A stretch of 64,000 bases of DNA from Bdellovibrionales bacterium (lineage in GTDB: Bacteria; Bdellovibrionota; FAC87; UBA2466), in the NCBI GenBank assembly GCA_009692515.1, contig SHZA01000005.1, positions 2,517-66,516 of the forward strand. Direction: 5' to 3'. Positions 53,492 through 61,815 of this stretch are shown here, piece by piece; the stretch's first letter is position 1; every line of letters begins with the position of its first letter. Below the pieces are notes generated by a model. That model was not told where the DNA came from, did not search any database, and was given only the letters and a program-made list of their open reading frames with translations. Position numbers and translations under genes: made by a program.

Positions 53492-55072
53492 ATGAGTATC
53501 ATCGCTATTATTGTGGCCTTAGCGGCTACGGCTGTCAGTGCAATCTCTGCCTATTTGGCTTGGGAAAGTGTTCTGATTTGGCAAATTTCTTTAGAAGTAG
53601 CGATTGTCGCCTATGTCATCTACTTTATTAAAGAACGACGATTTTTAATTGAGCTCTTCTCCAGAAAAACAACTCGCTATGGGCTCAATGCTATTATCAT
53701 GTCGCTGTTTGCTTTCGGAATTCTAATCGTAGTAAATCTGATTGCGAGCAAACATGATCTCAAGAAGGATCTTACGAAGAACAAGCTGCATACCCTATCT
53801 GATCAATCTATTAAGGTGTTAAGGGCTCTACCGGGAGAGGTTAAACTAAAGGCCTTTATCAGTCCTGTGCAAATGGGCGAGTTTGAAAAAATTCTTGATA
53901 AATATACCTACTATACAAAAAATTTGAAAAAAGAATATATCGACGTAGATAAAGATCCGTTGGCGGTTCAAAAATATAATATTAAACAGACCGGAACGAT
54001 TATTGTAGAGAGTGAATCCAGAACTTCGAGAGTAGAAAATCTTTTGGGCCCTGATGATCCAAAGCTTGAGGAGAAGATTACCAATGCGATTATTCAGGTT
54101 GCTAAAGGAGATAAAAAGAAACTCTATTATATTTCTGGACATGGTGAAAAGCTTCTCACCGATACAGGTAAAGAGGGTTACTCTGAGATGAAGGAGCAGT
54201 TAGAGGGCGGTCGTTACAAAGTTGAGGAATTAATTTTGGTAGAAAAAGGAATGGTTCCTGCAGATGCCGACATCGTTATGATTGCGGGACCAAAGTCAGA
54301 TTTTTTCGGGCCAGAGTTAAAGGCGCTTGAGGCCTATCTTGGAAGAGGCGGAAAATGTTTGATGATGCTAGAGCCCACCTCATCGCCAACTCTAAAAAAC
54401 CTATTGGCTAAATATGGAGCTGTTTTTAATCCTAAAAAGACGGTCGTAGAATTAAATCCACTTCAACAATTAGCGGGTGGAAATCCCCTAACTCCCATTG
54501 TAACCACCTATAATAAAGAAAGTGAAATCACTCGAGAGGCAAAGCAGATAAGTTTATTTCCTATAGCGACTCCGATTGAAAAGATGGAGCCCATCCCACC
54601 AGACCTTAAGGTGGTAACTCTTTTTTCTACAAGCGCAAAAAGTTTTGAGTCTGATCTTAAAGAAAATCAGGTGAAGCCCAATCCTAAATTGGATCGTAAA
54701 GGACCCTTGTCTTTGGCCGTTTCTGTGACCGGCAAGGGGACCGCAAAGGTCGAGGTTACCAAGCCGATTCCTGGCGCAAAGGTAGAGGATAACAAAGCGC
54801 CAGACTTTAGATTGGTGGTCGTAGGAGATTCCGATTTTGCTTCTAATAGCGGGAGAAGATTTGGCATCAATGGCGATATTTTTCAAAATATCTTGAGTTG
54901 GTTGGCCCATGAAGAGGATCTGATCTCTATTCACCCGAGGCCGCAGAACACGAGTGAATTTGAAATTACAGAAACACGAATGAGAGTGATTAACTTAGCC
55001 TCTATCGTGTTTGCTCCGATGTTCATGTTCATTTCGGGTCTGGGAGTGTGGGCGGCTCGTCGTAAAAAATAA
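53492..55072 (+). CDS. GldG-like ABC transporter auxiliary component
   Basis: The 526-aa ORF has N-terminal TM segments, a large extracytoplasmic domain and a C-terminal TM anchor. It is the third gene of the ATPase/permease/auxiliary triad. Confidence 0.6.
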   Translation: MSIIAIIVALAATAVSAISAYLAWESVLIWQISLEVAIVAYVIYFIKERRFLIELFSRKTTRYGLNAIIMSLFAFGILIVVNLIASKHDLKKDLTKNKLHTLSDQSIKVLRALPGEVKLKAFISPVQMGEFEKILDKYTYYTKNLKKEYIDVDKDPLAVQKYNIKQTGTIIVESESRTSRVENLLGPDDPKLEEKITNAIIQVAKGDKKKLYYISGHGEKLLTDTGKEGYSEMKEQLEGGRYKVEELILVEKGMVPADADIVMIAGPKSDFFGPELKALEAYLGRGGKCLMMLEPTSSPTLKNLLAKYGAVFNPKKTVVELNPLQQLAGGNPLTPIVTTYNKESEITREAKQISLFPIATPIEKMEPIPPDLKVVTLFSTSAKSFESDLKENQVKPNPKLDRKGPLSLAVSVTGKGTAKVEVTKPIPGAKVEDNKAPDFRLVVVGDSDFASNSGRRFGINGDIFQNILSWLAHEEDLISIHPRPQNTSEFEITETRMRVINLASIVFAPMFMFISGLGVWAARRKK

Positions 55073-55074
55073 AA

Positions 55075-55776
55075 CTAAAAGCGAGTGCTGCCGAAATAGT
55101 TAGGAACTAATTGCACCCAATCTGAAAGTGACTCCACCGTTTTTCTTGTAGTCGCTTTTCCTAAGGCCTCGGCAAGATCGCTGGCTACCAAGGGTTGTTT
55201 TATTACGATAATAGAAGAGTCTGAGGGAAGGGCGGCTAAATTAATTCTCTCATCTAAAAGAACCACGAGAGAGCGATTCCCCGAAAGAAAGGTCCAATCG
55301 GAGTGAGTTGTTTCCGCAATTAACTGTAAAGAGCTATCTGTATTAACCTTGAAATGAGCTGAGGCAAACCGATCGGCAGTGATATGGGTAAGCACCTGTA
55401 GTTCATCACATAGAATTTGCGATTGCTTAGAGGCCCATTTAAGCGCGCGAGCTTCAGAGCCACTGAGCATTTCAATCGGCACCCTCTTGACATAGGCCAA
55501 GGCCTTTAAAGAGGCGAGAGCAATTCTAAGTCCGGTAAAAGAACCGGGGCCTGAGGTGGTAATAAAGCGCGAGATGTTACCTATCGAAAGACCGCACTCC
55601 TTAAGTGAGATCTCTAATTGAGGAATAAAACGTTCGGAGTGATCACCGGTTTCAGTGATTACTTTAAAGAGAATAAGATCTAGTGCCATTGAGGCTCTTG
55701 ATCGATGAATGGCCAATGTCCCTTGGGAAGAGGACATGTCTAAGCTTAACCAGATTTCATTAAAGTCGTTATTCAT
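55075..55776 (-). CDS. tsaB: tRNA threonylcarbamoyladenosine biosynthesis protein TsaB (YeaZ)
   Basis: The 233-aa ORF has the motif SGPGSFTGLRIALA. Confidence 0.8.
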   Translation of the reverse strand: MNNDFNEIWLSLDMSSSQGTLAIHRSRASMALDLILFKVITETGDHSERFIPQLEISLKECGLSIGNISRFITTSGPGSFTGLRIALASLKALAYVKRVPIEMLSGSEARALKWASKQSQILCDELQVLTHITADRFASAHFKVNTDSSLQLIAETTHSDWTFLSGNRSLVVLLDERINLAALPSDSSIIVIKQPLVASDLAEALGKATTRKTVESLSDWVQLVPNYFGSTRF

Positions 55777-56189
55777 CTAGCGGCGTAGTAACCGTTTTTT
55801 AAGAGGGGTTCAACATCCAAAGAGTGGGAAGCGGTAGAACTACCAAAATTAGACTGTTAAGCAAGGGGAATGCCTAACAAGAGATTTCGGTTGCTTAGGG
55901 GATTGCCATTTTGGGCTACTCTACCGCTCCCTAATTTACGCTCGATTCCGATTTCAGTGGGCTTGCATCTCTGCATCTTTCCCACTCAACAAGTATAACC
56001 CGTTGCGTTACAGCGTTTCAATAGGCAACATTTAGACAGTATTTCTCAAAACTCGGAAAGCACCAAGGCTTCAATGGGTTATTGCGGCCACTGTTTAGAC
56101 ACTGAACGCAATAAAAAAACAATTCAGCTAGTCGTATTCGCACTCTCCTGTTATGCAACGAGTCGGGCACCTCTCCAGGGTTTTTTTAA

Positions 56190-56453
56190 ATGAATGAAGA
56201 CAAGGTAAAAATTAAAATTCTAGATACCCAAGGCAACTGTAAAGAACTATGGGTAGAGGTGGGCTCTAATCTTCGCGAAGTCTTACTTCGGAATCAGTTT
56301 TCCTTATATCAAGGGAAGTTTAAAACATTAAATTGTAAGGGCATGGGAGTGTGTGGGTCGTGTAAAATAATCGTTCGAGAACGTGACGAGGACTGGGAAA
56401 GACGCGCGTGTCAAATTCAATGCTTTCAGGATTTAGAAATACGTTTAAAATAG
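56190..56453 (+). CDS. small [2Fe-2S] ferredoxin-like protein
   Basis: The 87-aa ORF has Cys spacing C-x4-C-x2-C ... C (NCKGMGVCGSCK ... CQIQC), which is typical of beta-grasp 2Fe-2S ferredoxins. Confidence 0.5.
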   Translation: MNEDKVKIKILDTQGNCKELWVEVGSNLREVLLRNQFSLYQGKFKTLNCKGMGVCGSCKIIVRERDEDWERRACQIQCFQDLEIRLK

Positions 56454-56476
56454 AAACTCTTTAAGAGGGTGATGCT

Positions 56477-57145
56477 TTGAAAACAAAAAGTTATTTTCAT
56501 ACCGTAATTGGAACTAGGGAAAAGAATGAGGACTCTTATTTAGCAGAAGACTCTATGGGACTCTACGCCGTGGCAGATGGCATTGGTGGGGGCCTTAAGG
56601 GAGAGGTCGCCTCACAAATGGCGGTTGAAGGATTAAAAAAACATCGTCCTGAAATTCAATCGATGCGAGAAATATTTCAATTATTACAGAAAGAAATTCA
56701 CCAGGAGTCCATGGACACTTTGGGCGAGGCTTTAATGGGAACCACGCTCAGCGCCGTGGAATTAAAAAACAACAAAGCTACGATTTGTCATGTGGGAGAC
56801 TCTAGGGTCTATTTTTTTGATGGCAATGTTCTTCGTCAGATGACCGAAGATCAGGAAATTTACGATGAACACTTAAGGGGTACCGTTCTTAATTCTTACT
56901 TAGGAATCGTATCGGATATTCATCCACTCCGCATTGTGCAAGAGACCATGGTGGTGGCTCCTGGGCAGCGATTTTTAATTGCGAGTGATGGCCTGTTTAA
57001 GCAGATCACTGATATGAGAATTGTAAGTATTATCAGAGAAAATCTAGCGACACCAGAAAGACTGGTTGAGCAGCTTTGCGAAGAGGCCGCGCACCATGAG
57101 TACTCTGATAATGTTACTGTGGTTTTTATTGAGCTTAATGAATAG
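56477..57145 (+). CDS. PP2C-family (PPM) Ser/Thr protein phosphatase (second copy)
   Basis: The 222-aa ORF has YAVADGIGGG ... DGLF motifs. It uses a TTG start with an AAGAGGG RBS. Confidence 0.8.
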   Translation: MKTKSYFHTVIGTREKNEDSYLAEDSMGLYAVADGIGGGLKGEVASQMAVEGLKKHRPEIQSMREIFQLLQKEIHQESMDTLGEALMGTTLSAVELKNNKATICHVGDSRVYFFDGNVLRQMTEDQEIYDEHLRGTVLNSYLGIVSDIHPLRIVQETMVVAPGQRFLIASDGLFKQITDMRIVSIIRENLATPERLVEQLCEEAAHHEYSDNVTVVFIELNE

Positions 57146-57151
57146 GATCTT

Positions 57152-57517
57152 ATGTCGGCAGATCAAGTCGCTAGTATTTCAAAAAAAAAGTTTGAAGAGT
57201 TATCAACGAAAACCTTTTCCGTAAAAATAAAAGGTAAAGTTGTTAAAGGGTTTATTACAAAAAAGAAGGGGCATTATTTTGCCTATCTAAATTTGTGTAA
57301 GCACCTCCCTGTCACCCTAGATCTGAATGACGGAAACTTTTTTGATTTTGAAAAAAAGTACTTTCAATGTCACATGCATGGAGCCATGTATGAAATAGAA
57401 ACGGGGTTTTGTATCGCAGGGCCTTGTCAAGGGGCTCGGCTAGAGATGTTAGAAATTATTGAAGAGGAGTCGAAGCTTTTGATTAAGGTGCCCGCTAAGT
57501 TTGCAGAAATTAAATAA
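57152..57517 (+). CDS. Rieske [2Fe-2S] domain protein
   Basis: The 121-aa ORF has the two Rieske boxes CKH ... CHMH with 21-residue spacing. Confidence 0.75.
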   Translation: MSADQVASISKKKFEELSTKTFSVKIKGKVVKGFITKKKGHYFAYLNLCKHLPVTLDLNDGNFFDFEKKYFQCHMHGAMYEIETGFCIAGPCQGARLEMLEIIEEESKLLIKVPAKFAEIK

Positions 57518-57535
57518 TAAAGGCAGAGATATTTT

Positions 57536-58702
57536 ATGGAAACAAAAAAAATGCGATTTGAAACCCAGTTAATTCATGGTGGAGAACCCTCGCCCCTTAT
57601 CGAACGTGCGATCACGATGCCTATTTTCCAAAGTAGCACCTATGAGATTGGTGCAGATTCTTTGGGAGAAATTAATTACCATGACATTCGTTATGTGCGC
57701 TTGAACAACACTCCAAATCACTTGGCCCTACACGCTAAAATTGCCCAATTAGAGCAGGCTGAATCTGCGGTGGTGACCTCCTCTGGAATGTCGGCGATTA
57801 CCTCAGCCCTTTTGGGTTTGGTGGCCAAGGGAGAGCACGTTCTTGCTCAAGATAATCTCTATGGTGGCACCGTTCATTTTTTAAAAGAATTCTTTCCTCA
57901 GATGGGAAGAGAGGTTACCTTTTTTCCAGCCGATGACACCGCAAACTTAGCACAATATTCCAAAGGCAATACCCGAGCGATCTATGTGGAGTCTACGTCA
58001 AATCCTCTCTTAAAAATTCCAGATCTAAAAGAGGTGGTACGATTTGCAAAAAAACAGGGGTTGCTATCGATGATCGATAATACCTTCCCATCACCCGCAA
58101 ATTTTAATCCGATTCCCTTTGGATTTGATGTGGCTCTTCATAGTGCGACTAAATATTTAAATGGTCACTCCGATGTCGTAGCGGGCGCTATTGTTTCGAG
58201 TAAAGCAATTTTGCAAAAACTGATGCCACTTTTTAATCATCTAGGGGGTTGTTTAGACCCTCACGCCTGTTTTTTACTTCATCGGGGTTTAAAAACGCTG
58301 AGTGTGAGAGTGAGCTATCAAAATAGTTCAGCTCTCAAAATCGCAAAAGCACTTGAGGGTTGTTCTAAGGTTGCCAAAGTGATTTATCCTGGCCTTCCTT
58401 CTCATCCCGATCATGTGAGAGCCCGAGAATGGTTTCGTGGTTTCGGAGGCATGTTGTCTTTTGAATTTGATGGAACTGCTATTCAAGCAGACCAAGCACT
58501 AAAGAAACTTAAAATTCCTTTTTTAGCACCAAGTTTGGGTGGAGTAGAAAGTTTATATGTACGCCCAGCCACCGCATCCCACTCAGGAATTTCAAAACAG
58601 GATAGAGAAAAACTTGGAATCAAGGACAGTTTAGTGAGAGTGTCGATTGGACTTGAAGCTCCTGAAGATTTGATAGAAGATTTCATCGAAGTTTTAAATT
58701 AA
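57536..58702 (+). CDS. Cys/Met-metabolism PLP-dependent enzyme (cystathionine gamma-synthase/beta-lyase or methionine gamma-lyase family)
   Basis: The 388-aa ORF has a PLP-lysine region (DVALHSATKYLNGHSDVVAG). Confidence 0.85.
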   Translation: METKKMRFETQLIHGGEPSPLIERAITMPIFQSSTYEIGADSLGEINYHDIRYVRLNNTPNHLALHAKIAQLEQAESAVVTSSGMSAITSALLGLVAKGEHVLAQDNLYGGTVHFLKEFFPQMGREVTFFPADDTANLAQYSKGNTRAIYVESTSNPLLKIPDLKEVVRFAKKQGLLSMIDNTFPSPANFNPIPFGFDVALHSATKYLNGHSDVVAGAIVSSKAILQKLMPLFNHLGGCLDPHACFLLHRGLKTLSVRVSYQNSSALKIAKALEGCSKVAKVIYPGLPSHPDHVRAREWFRGFGGMLSFEFDGTAIQADQALKKLKIPFLAPSLGGVESLYVRPATASHSGISKQDREKLGIKDSLVRVSIGLEAPEDLIEDFIEVLN

Positions 58703-58745
58703 TTGCGTTATCTATGATAACTCTCTAGGTTTGGAGGTCTAAAAA

Positions 58746-59261
58746 GTGTTTAAAAAAAGTCTAATCGCATTTGTGGCATTGTTTTTAGTAGTAGTGACTT
58801 CGGCAGAGGCCATTGCTAAAAAAGAGATAAAAAAAGGAGCTAAAGTGTTAATCATTGAAACAACTCACGGAAATATTGAAGCTGAATTGTATGCAGAGGA
58901 TGCACCTAAAACAGTGGCGCGCATTCAAGAGTTAGCGGGTAAAGGATTTTATAACGGACTTACTTTTCATCGTGTGGTTCCTGGTTTTGTGGTTCAAGGC
59001 GGAGATCCCAAGGGAAATGGAACGGGCGGATCGGGACAGAATATTCCAGCAGAGTTTAATTCTAAAAAGCATGTTGAAGGAACTTTAGCAATGGCAAGAT
59101 CCGCAGATCCCAATTCTGCAGATAGCCAATTTTATATTTCTTTAGGAACCCATTCCCACTTAGATAATAACTACACCGTTTTTGGTTCTGTGGTTAAAGG
59201 GATCGATGCGGTAAAGAAAATTAAAATGGGCGACAAGATGACAAAAGTTTATATGAAATAG
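58746..59261 (+). CDS. periplasmic cyclophilin-type peptidyl-prolyl isomerase
   Basis: The 171-aa ORF has a signal peptide and the motif FHRVVPGFVVQGGDP. Confidence 0.9.
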   Translation: MFKKSLIAFVALFLVVVTSAEAIAKKEIKKGAKVLIIETTHGNIEAELYAEDAPKTVARIQELAGKGFYNGLTFHRVVPGFVVQGGDPKGNGTGGSGQNIPAEFNSKKHVEGTLAMARSADPNSADSQFYISLGTHSHLDNNYTVFGSVVKGIDAVKKIKMGDKMTKVYMK

Positions 59262-59278
59262 ATCTGACGGTTAAAATT

Positions 59279-59572
59279 TTAATCTAAAAGATGCGAAGGC
59301 TTCTCAACCTTAAATTTTTCTAAAAGGGTGAAGAGGCCTTCCTCATTTTCAGCGACCACTTCAATACAGGAGCAAATCCAAACCCAAGCGGTTCCCACCT
59401 TTTTTGTACTAAATTGATAGACCGCAGAACGTGAGGGAGTATACACCACCTCGATGGCACGACGATAACCATCACCTGGTTTTTCTAGCTGGATATCTAA
59501 GTTAGAAACCTCTCGACGAATATCTGTAAGATTTTCTGTATTTTGTCGCCGTATAATATAACGCATCGCCAT
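59279..59572 (-). CDS. hypothetical protein
   Basis: The 97-aa ORF has no recognisable motif. It is divergent from the RRM gene. Confidence 0.35.
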   Translation of the reverse strand: MAMRYIIRRQNTENLTDIRREVSNLDIQLEKPGDGYRRAIEVVYTPSRSAVYQFSTKKVGTAWVWICSCIEVVAENEEGLFTLLEKFKVEKPSHLLD

Positions 59573-59897
59573 AGGTATTTGATATCCTTCTCTAGTTTTA
59601 AGCTAACTATCTATTAACCAGAACCTTTTTTATACTCAACTAGTGCCAAAATGACAAAGAAAGATTTAGCTCCATTTTTTGTGAGGCATGCTTGATTGAG
59701 GCAGATTCCCGTGAGATAGTATAAGGGTATGTGTATGAGTATGTGTTATCTAATTTCCAACCGTGAAAAGGCGAACCGACAACTTCAAGGAATTACCAGT
59801 GTCCTTCCTTAAGAAACTCCAGATGCTTGCCCGAAATTGTAAAAAATGTAGGCTTGATATCCGCTTTTTTTCCTAATTATGAATAGAGAGGAATCCC

Positions 59898-60905
59898 GTG
59901 TCCAAAAAACTATATGTAGGTAATTTAAGTTACGAAGTTACCGAAGAAGAACTATCTCAATTATTCGGCCAGTGTGGCCAAGTGGTTGAAGCGCGTATTA
60001 TCAAAGATAAATTTTCAGGTCGCTCCAAAGGATTTGGATTTATAGAGATGCCCAATGACGATGAGGCCACTCATGCGATCGATCGCATGAGAGGTTATGA
60101 CCTTAAGGGTAGGCCCTTAATGGTGGATGAAGCCAATGAACGCCCTGAAGGGGGTAGCAACGGGGATCGCGGAGGTTATGAAGGCGGAGATCGTGGGGGC
60201 CGTGGCGGTGGAAATAGAGGTGGCCGTGGCGGCGGAGATCGCGGCGGTCAAGCTAGAGGTTATGGCGGCGGCGGAGATCGCGGCGGCCAAGGTGGAGGTT
60301 ATGGCGGCGGCGGAGATCGCGGCGGCCAAGGTAGAGGTTATGGTGGCGGCGGAGATCGCGGCGGCCAAGGTGGAGGTTATGGCGGCGGCGGAGATCGCGG
60401 CGGCCAAGGTGGAGGTTATGGCGGCGGCGGAGATCGCGGCGGCCAAGGTAGAGGTTATGGCGGCGGCGGAGATCGCGGCGGCCAAGGTGGAGGTTATGGC
60501 GGCGGTGGAGATCGCGGCGGCCAAGGTAGAGGTTATGGCGGCGGTGGAGATCGTGGCGGCCAAGGCGGAGGTTATGGCGGCGGTGGAGATCGCGGCGGTC
60601 AAGGCGGAGGTTATGGCGGAGGTTATGGCGGAGGCGGAGATCGTGGCGGCCAAGGCGGAGGTTATGGTGGCGGCGGCGGAGATCGCGGCGGCCAAGGTAG
60701 AGGTTATGGCGGTGGCGGAGATCGCGGTGGCCAAGGCGGAGGTTATGGCGGCGGTGGAGATCGTGGCGGTCGTAGTGGGAGTGATCCCGGTGGCCGTAGT
60801 GGCGGCGATCGAAATCGTAGCGACCGAGAGGATCGAGGCAATGACGGGAATCGCGGTCGTGGAGGCAGTGGTGGCGACCATGATGATGAAGGTGGCAACT
60901 ACTAA
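59898..60905 (+). CDS. RRM-domain RNA-binding protein with a ~250-aa Gly/Arg/Tyr-rich repeat tail
   Basis: The ORF starts with GTG after an AGAGAGG RBS. It has RNP-2 (LYVGNL) and RNP-1 (KGFGFIEM) followed by about 13 tandem 13-aa units (GGDRGGQG[G/R]GYGG). Confidence 0.85.
   Translation: MSKKLYVGNLSYEVTEEELSQLFGQCGQVVEARIIKDKFSGRSKGFGFIEMPNDDEATHAIDRMRGYDLKGRPLMVDEANERPEGGSNGDRGGYEGGDRGGRGGGNRGGRGGGDRGGQARGYGGGGDRGGQGGGYGGGGDRGGQGRGYGGGGDRGGQGGGYGGGGDRGGQGGGYGGGGDRGGQGRGYGGGGDRGGQGGGYGGGGDRGGQGRGYGGGGDRGGQGGGYGGGGDRGGQGGGYGGGYGGGGDRGGQGGGYGGGGGDRGGQGRGYGGGGDRGGQGGGYGGGGDRGGRSGSDPGGRSGGDRNRSDREDRGNDGNRGRGGSGGDHDDEGGNY
60228..60776 (+). repeat. 39-bp near-perfect tandem repeat array, coding (about 13-14 units)
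   Basis: The unit ggcggcggagatcgcggcggccaaggt[g/a]gaggttat repeats head-to-tail with only occasional single-base changes. Confidence 0.85.
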
Positions 60906-60936
60906 GCTCGCATAAAAAAATAAAAACAGTTTAAAA

Positions 60937-60965
60937 AACCCGGAGCTCTGAGCGAGTTCCGGGTT
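60937..60965. terminator. bidirectional intrinsic terminator between convergent genes
   Basis: The stem AACCCGGA/TCCGGGTT has a 13-nt loop. It is followed by a T-run on the plus strand and preceded by an A-run, which forms the minus-strand T-run. Confidence 0.6.
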
Positions 60966-60975
60966 TTTTATTTTT

Positions 60976-61758
60976 CTAGCGTTTATGAATGAGCGCTAAA
61001 ATAATTTCAAAGAAGATTAGAAACACTACAGAGGCCTCAAGAATCGCAGTTCTTCTGTTTGAGGTAAAGTCGGCCAAAATTTCAATATTATCTTGAATCA
61101 AACTTAACTTTCTATCTAGCGTTCGAAAGCGAATTTCAATATCAAAGTTAGCCTGAAGCTCTTTAAAGATCTCCTCTAATTCTTTGCTTTTCCATGTTTC
61201 ATCTGGCGGGTCTAAAATCGCCACATTGCTAATAATATGCTGACGAGCACTCGCAGAGGTTCCAATTAGTTTTAAAAGGCTTTTTGTTTTTAAAGAGACG
61301 GCGCCAAAGGAGGCGAGAGTTTGCATAAAAGCAGATGCTTCATTTAGCATTCGATCGGCCAGTGCTTCAAAGTATTCTAATGCGGCAGATTGCCCCACTG
61401 AAATAGCAATGAGTCGCAAGAGATCAAGCGAAAGTTCTTTTACCTCTACATATTCAAAGGCAACTCTATTTGGAAAATCACCCACATTAATTTGATAAGT
61501 TTCAGTAGTAGGATTCGGTAATCCGTTTCCCAGAACCATTTTTATCTTATTCATTTCAATTTCGACCTGTTCATTCGACATATTAAAAAAAACAAGACAG
61601 CCGAAACGATAAATAAATAAATAGGTATTTTCCCCGTATTGAAGTCTTAATTCCTGTGGAGAACTATCAACTACACGACCCGAAAGCACCGAACGAATAC
61701 TTTTAATGTGAATCGAATCGTATAAGTTAATGGCCTGCATGAGATAGCCACTTGCCAT
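60976..61758 (-). CDS. DUF155/RMD1(YagE)-like protein with C-terminal TM helix
   Basis: The 260-aa ORF has architecture and sequence features resembling the DUF155 family, but the assignment is tentative. Confidence 0.45.
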   Translation of the reverse strand: MASGYLMQAINLYDSIHIKSIRSVLSGRVVDSSPQELRLQYGENTYLFIYRFGCLVFFNMSNEQVEIEMNKIKMVLGNGLPNPTTETYQINVGDFPNRVAFEYVEVKELSLDLLRLIAISVGQSAALEYFEALADRMLNEASAFMQTLASFGAVSLKTKSLLKLIGTSASARQHIISNVAILDPPDETWKSKELEEIFKELQANFDIEIRFRTLDRKLSLIQDNIEILADFTSNRRTAILEASVVFLIFFEIILALIHKR

Positions 61759-61815
61759 AAATTTACCATCTCCTCTATTTTTGAAAATCTAGATAAACTA
61801 GCATATAATACTAGT

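Noticed and set aside
55826-56100. Possible cobalamin riboswitch (GGGAAGCGGUAGAACUACC resembling the GGGAAnnnGGUGnAAnUCC core, plus GCCACUG / GACACUG B12-box-like strings)
   Set aside because: The two elements are about 250 nt apart, which is too far. Several consensus positions mismatch, and the downstream operon has no cobalamin connection. It is better treated as an unclassified structured region.
55777-56189. RNase P RNA or tmRNA in the long tsaB-fdx intergenic region
   Set aside because: I could not find the universally conserved RNase P strings (GGAAAGUCCGGGCUCC, ACAGAACCCGGCUUA), a tmRNA 5' GGGGCUG / 3' CCACCA frame, or an alanine-tag ORF on either strand.
60228-60776. CRISPR array
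   Set aside because: The repeats are contiguous with no spacers, have a 39-bp period in frame inside a CDS, and no cas genes are present in the window.
60117-60915. Two long ORFs (254 aa on minus, 262 aa on plus) rich in Ala/Thr/Ile/Val overlapping the RRM gene
   Set aside because: They are alternative-frame readings of the GC-rich 39-bp tandem repeat. They have no start context or RBS, their composition is dictated by the repeat, and the RRM frame carries the real domain architecture.
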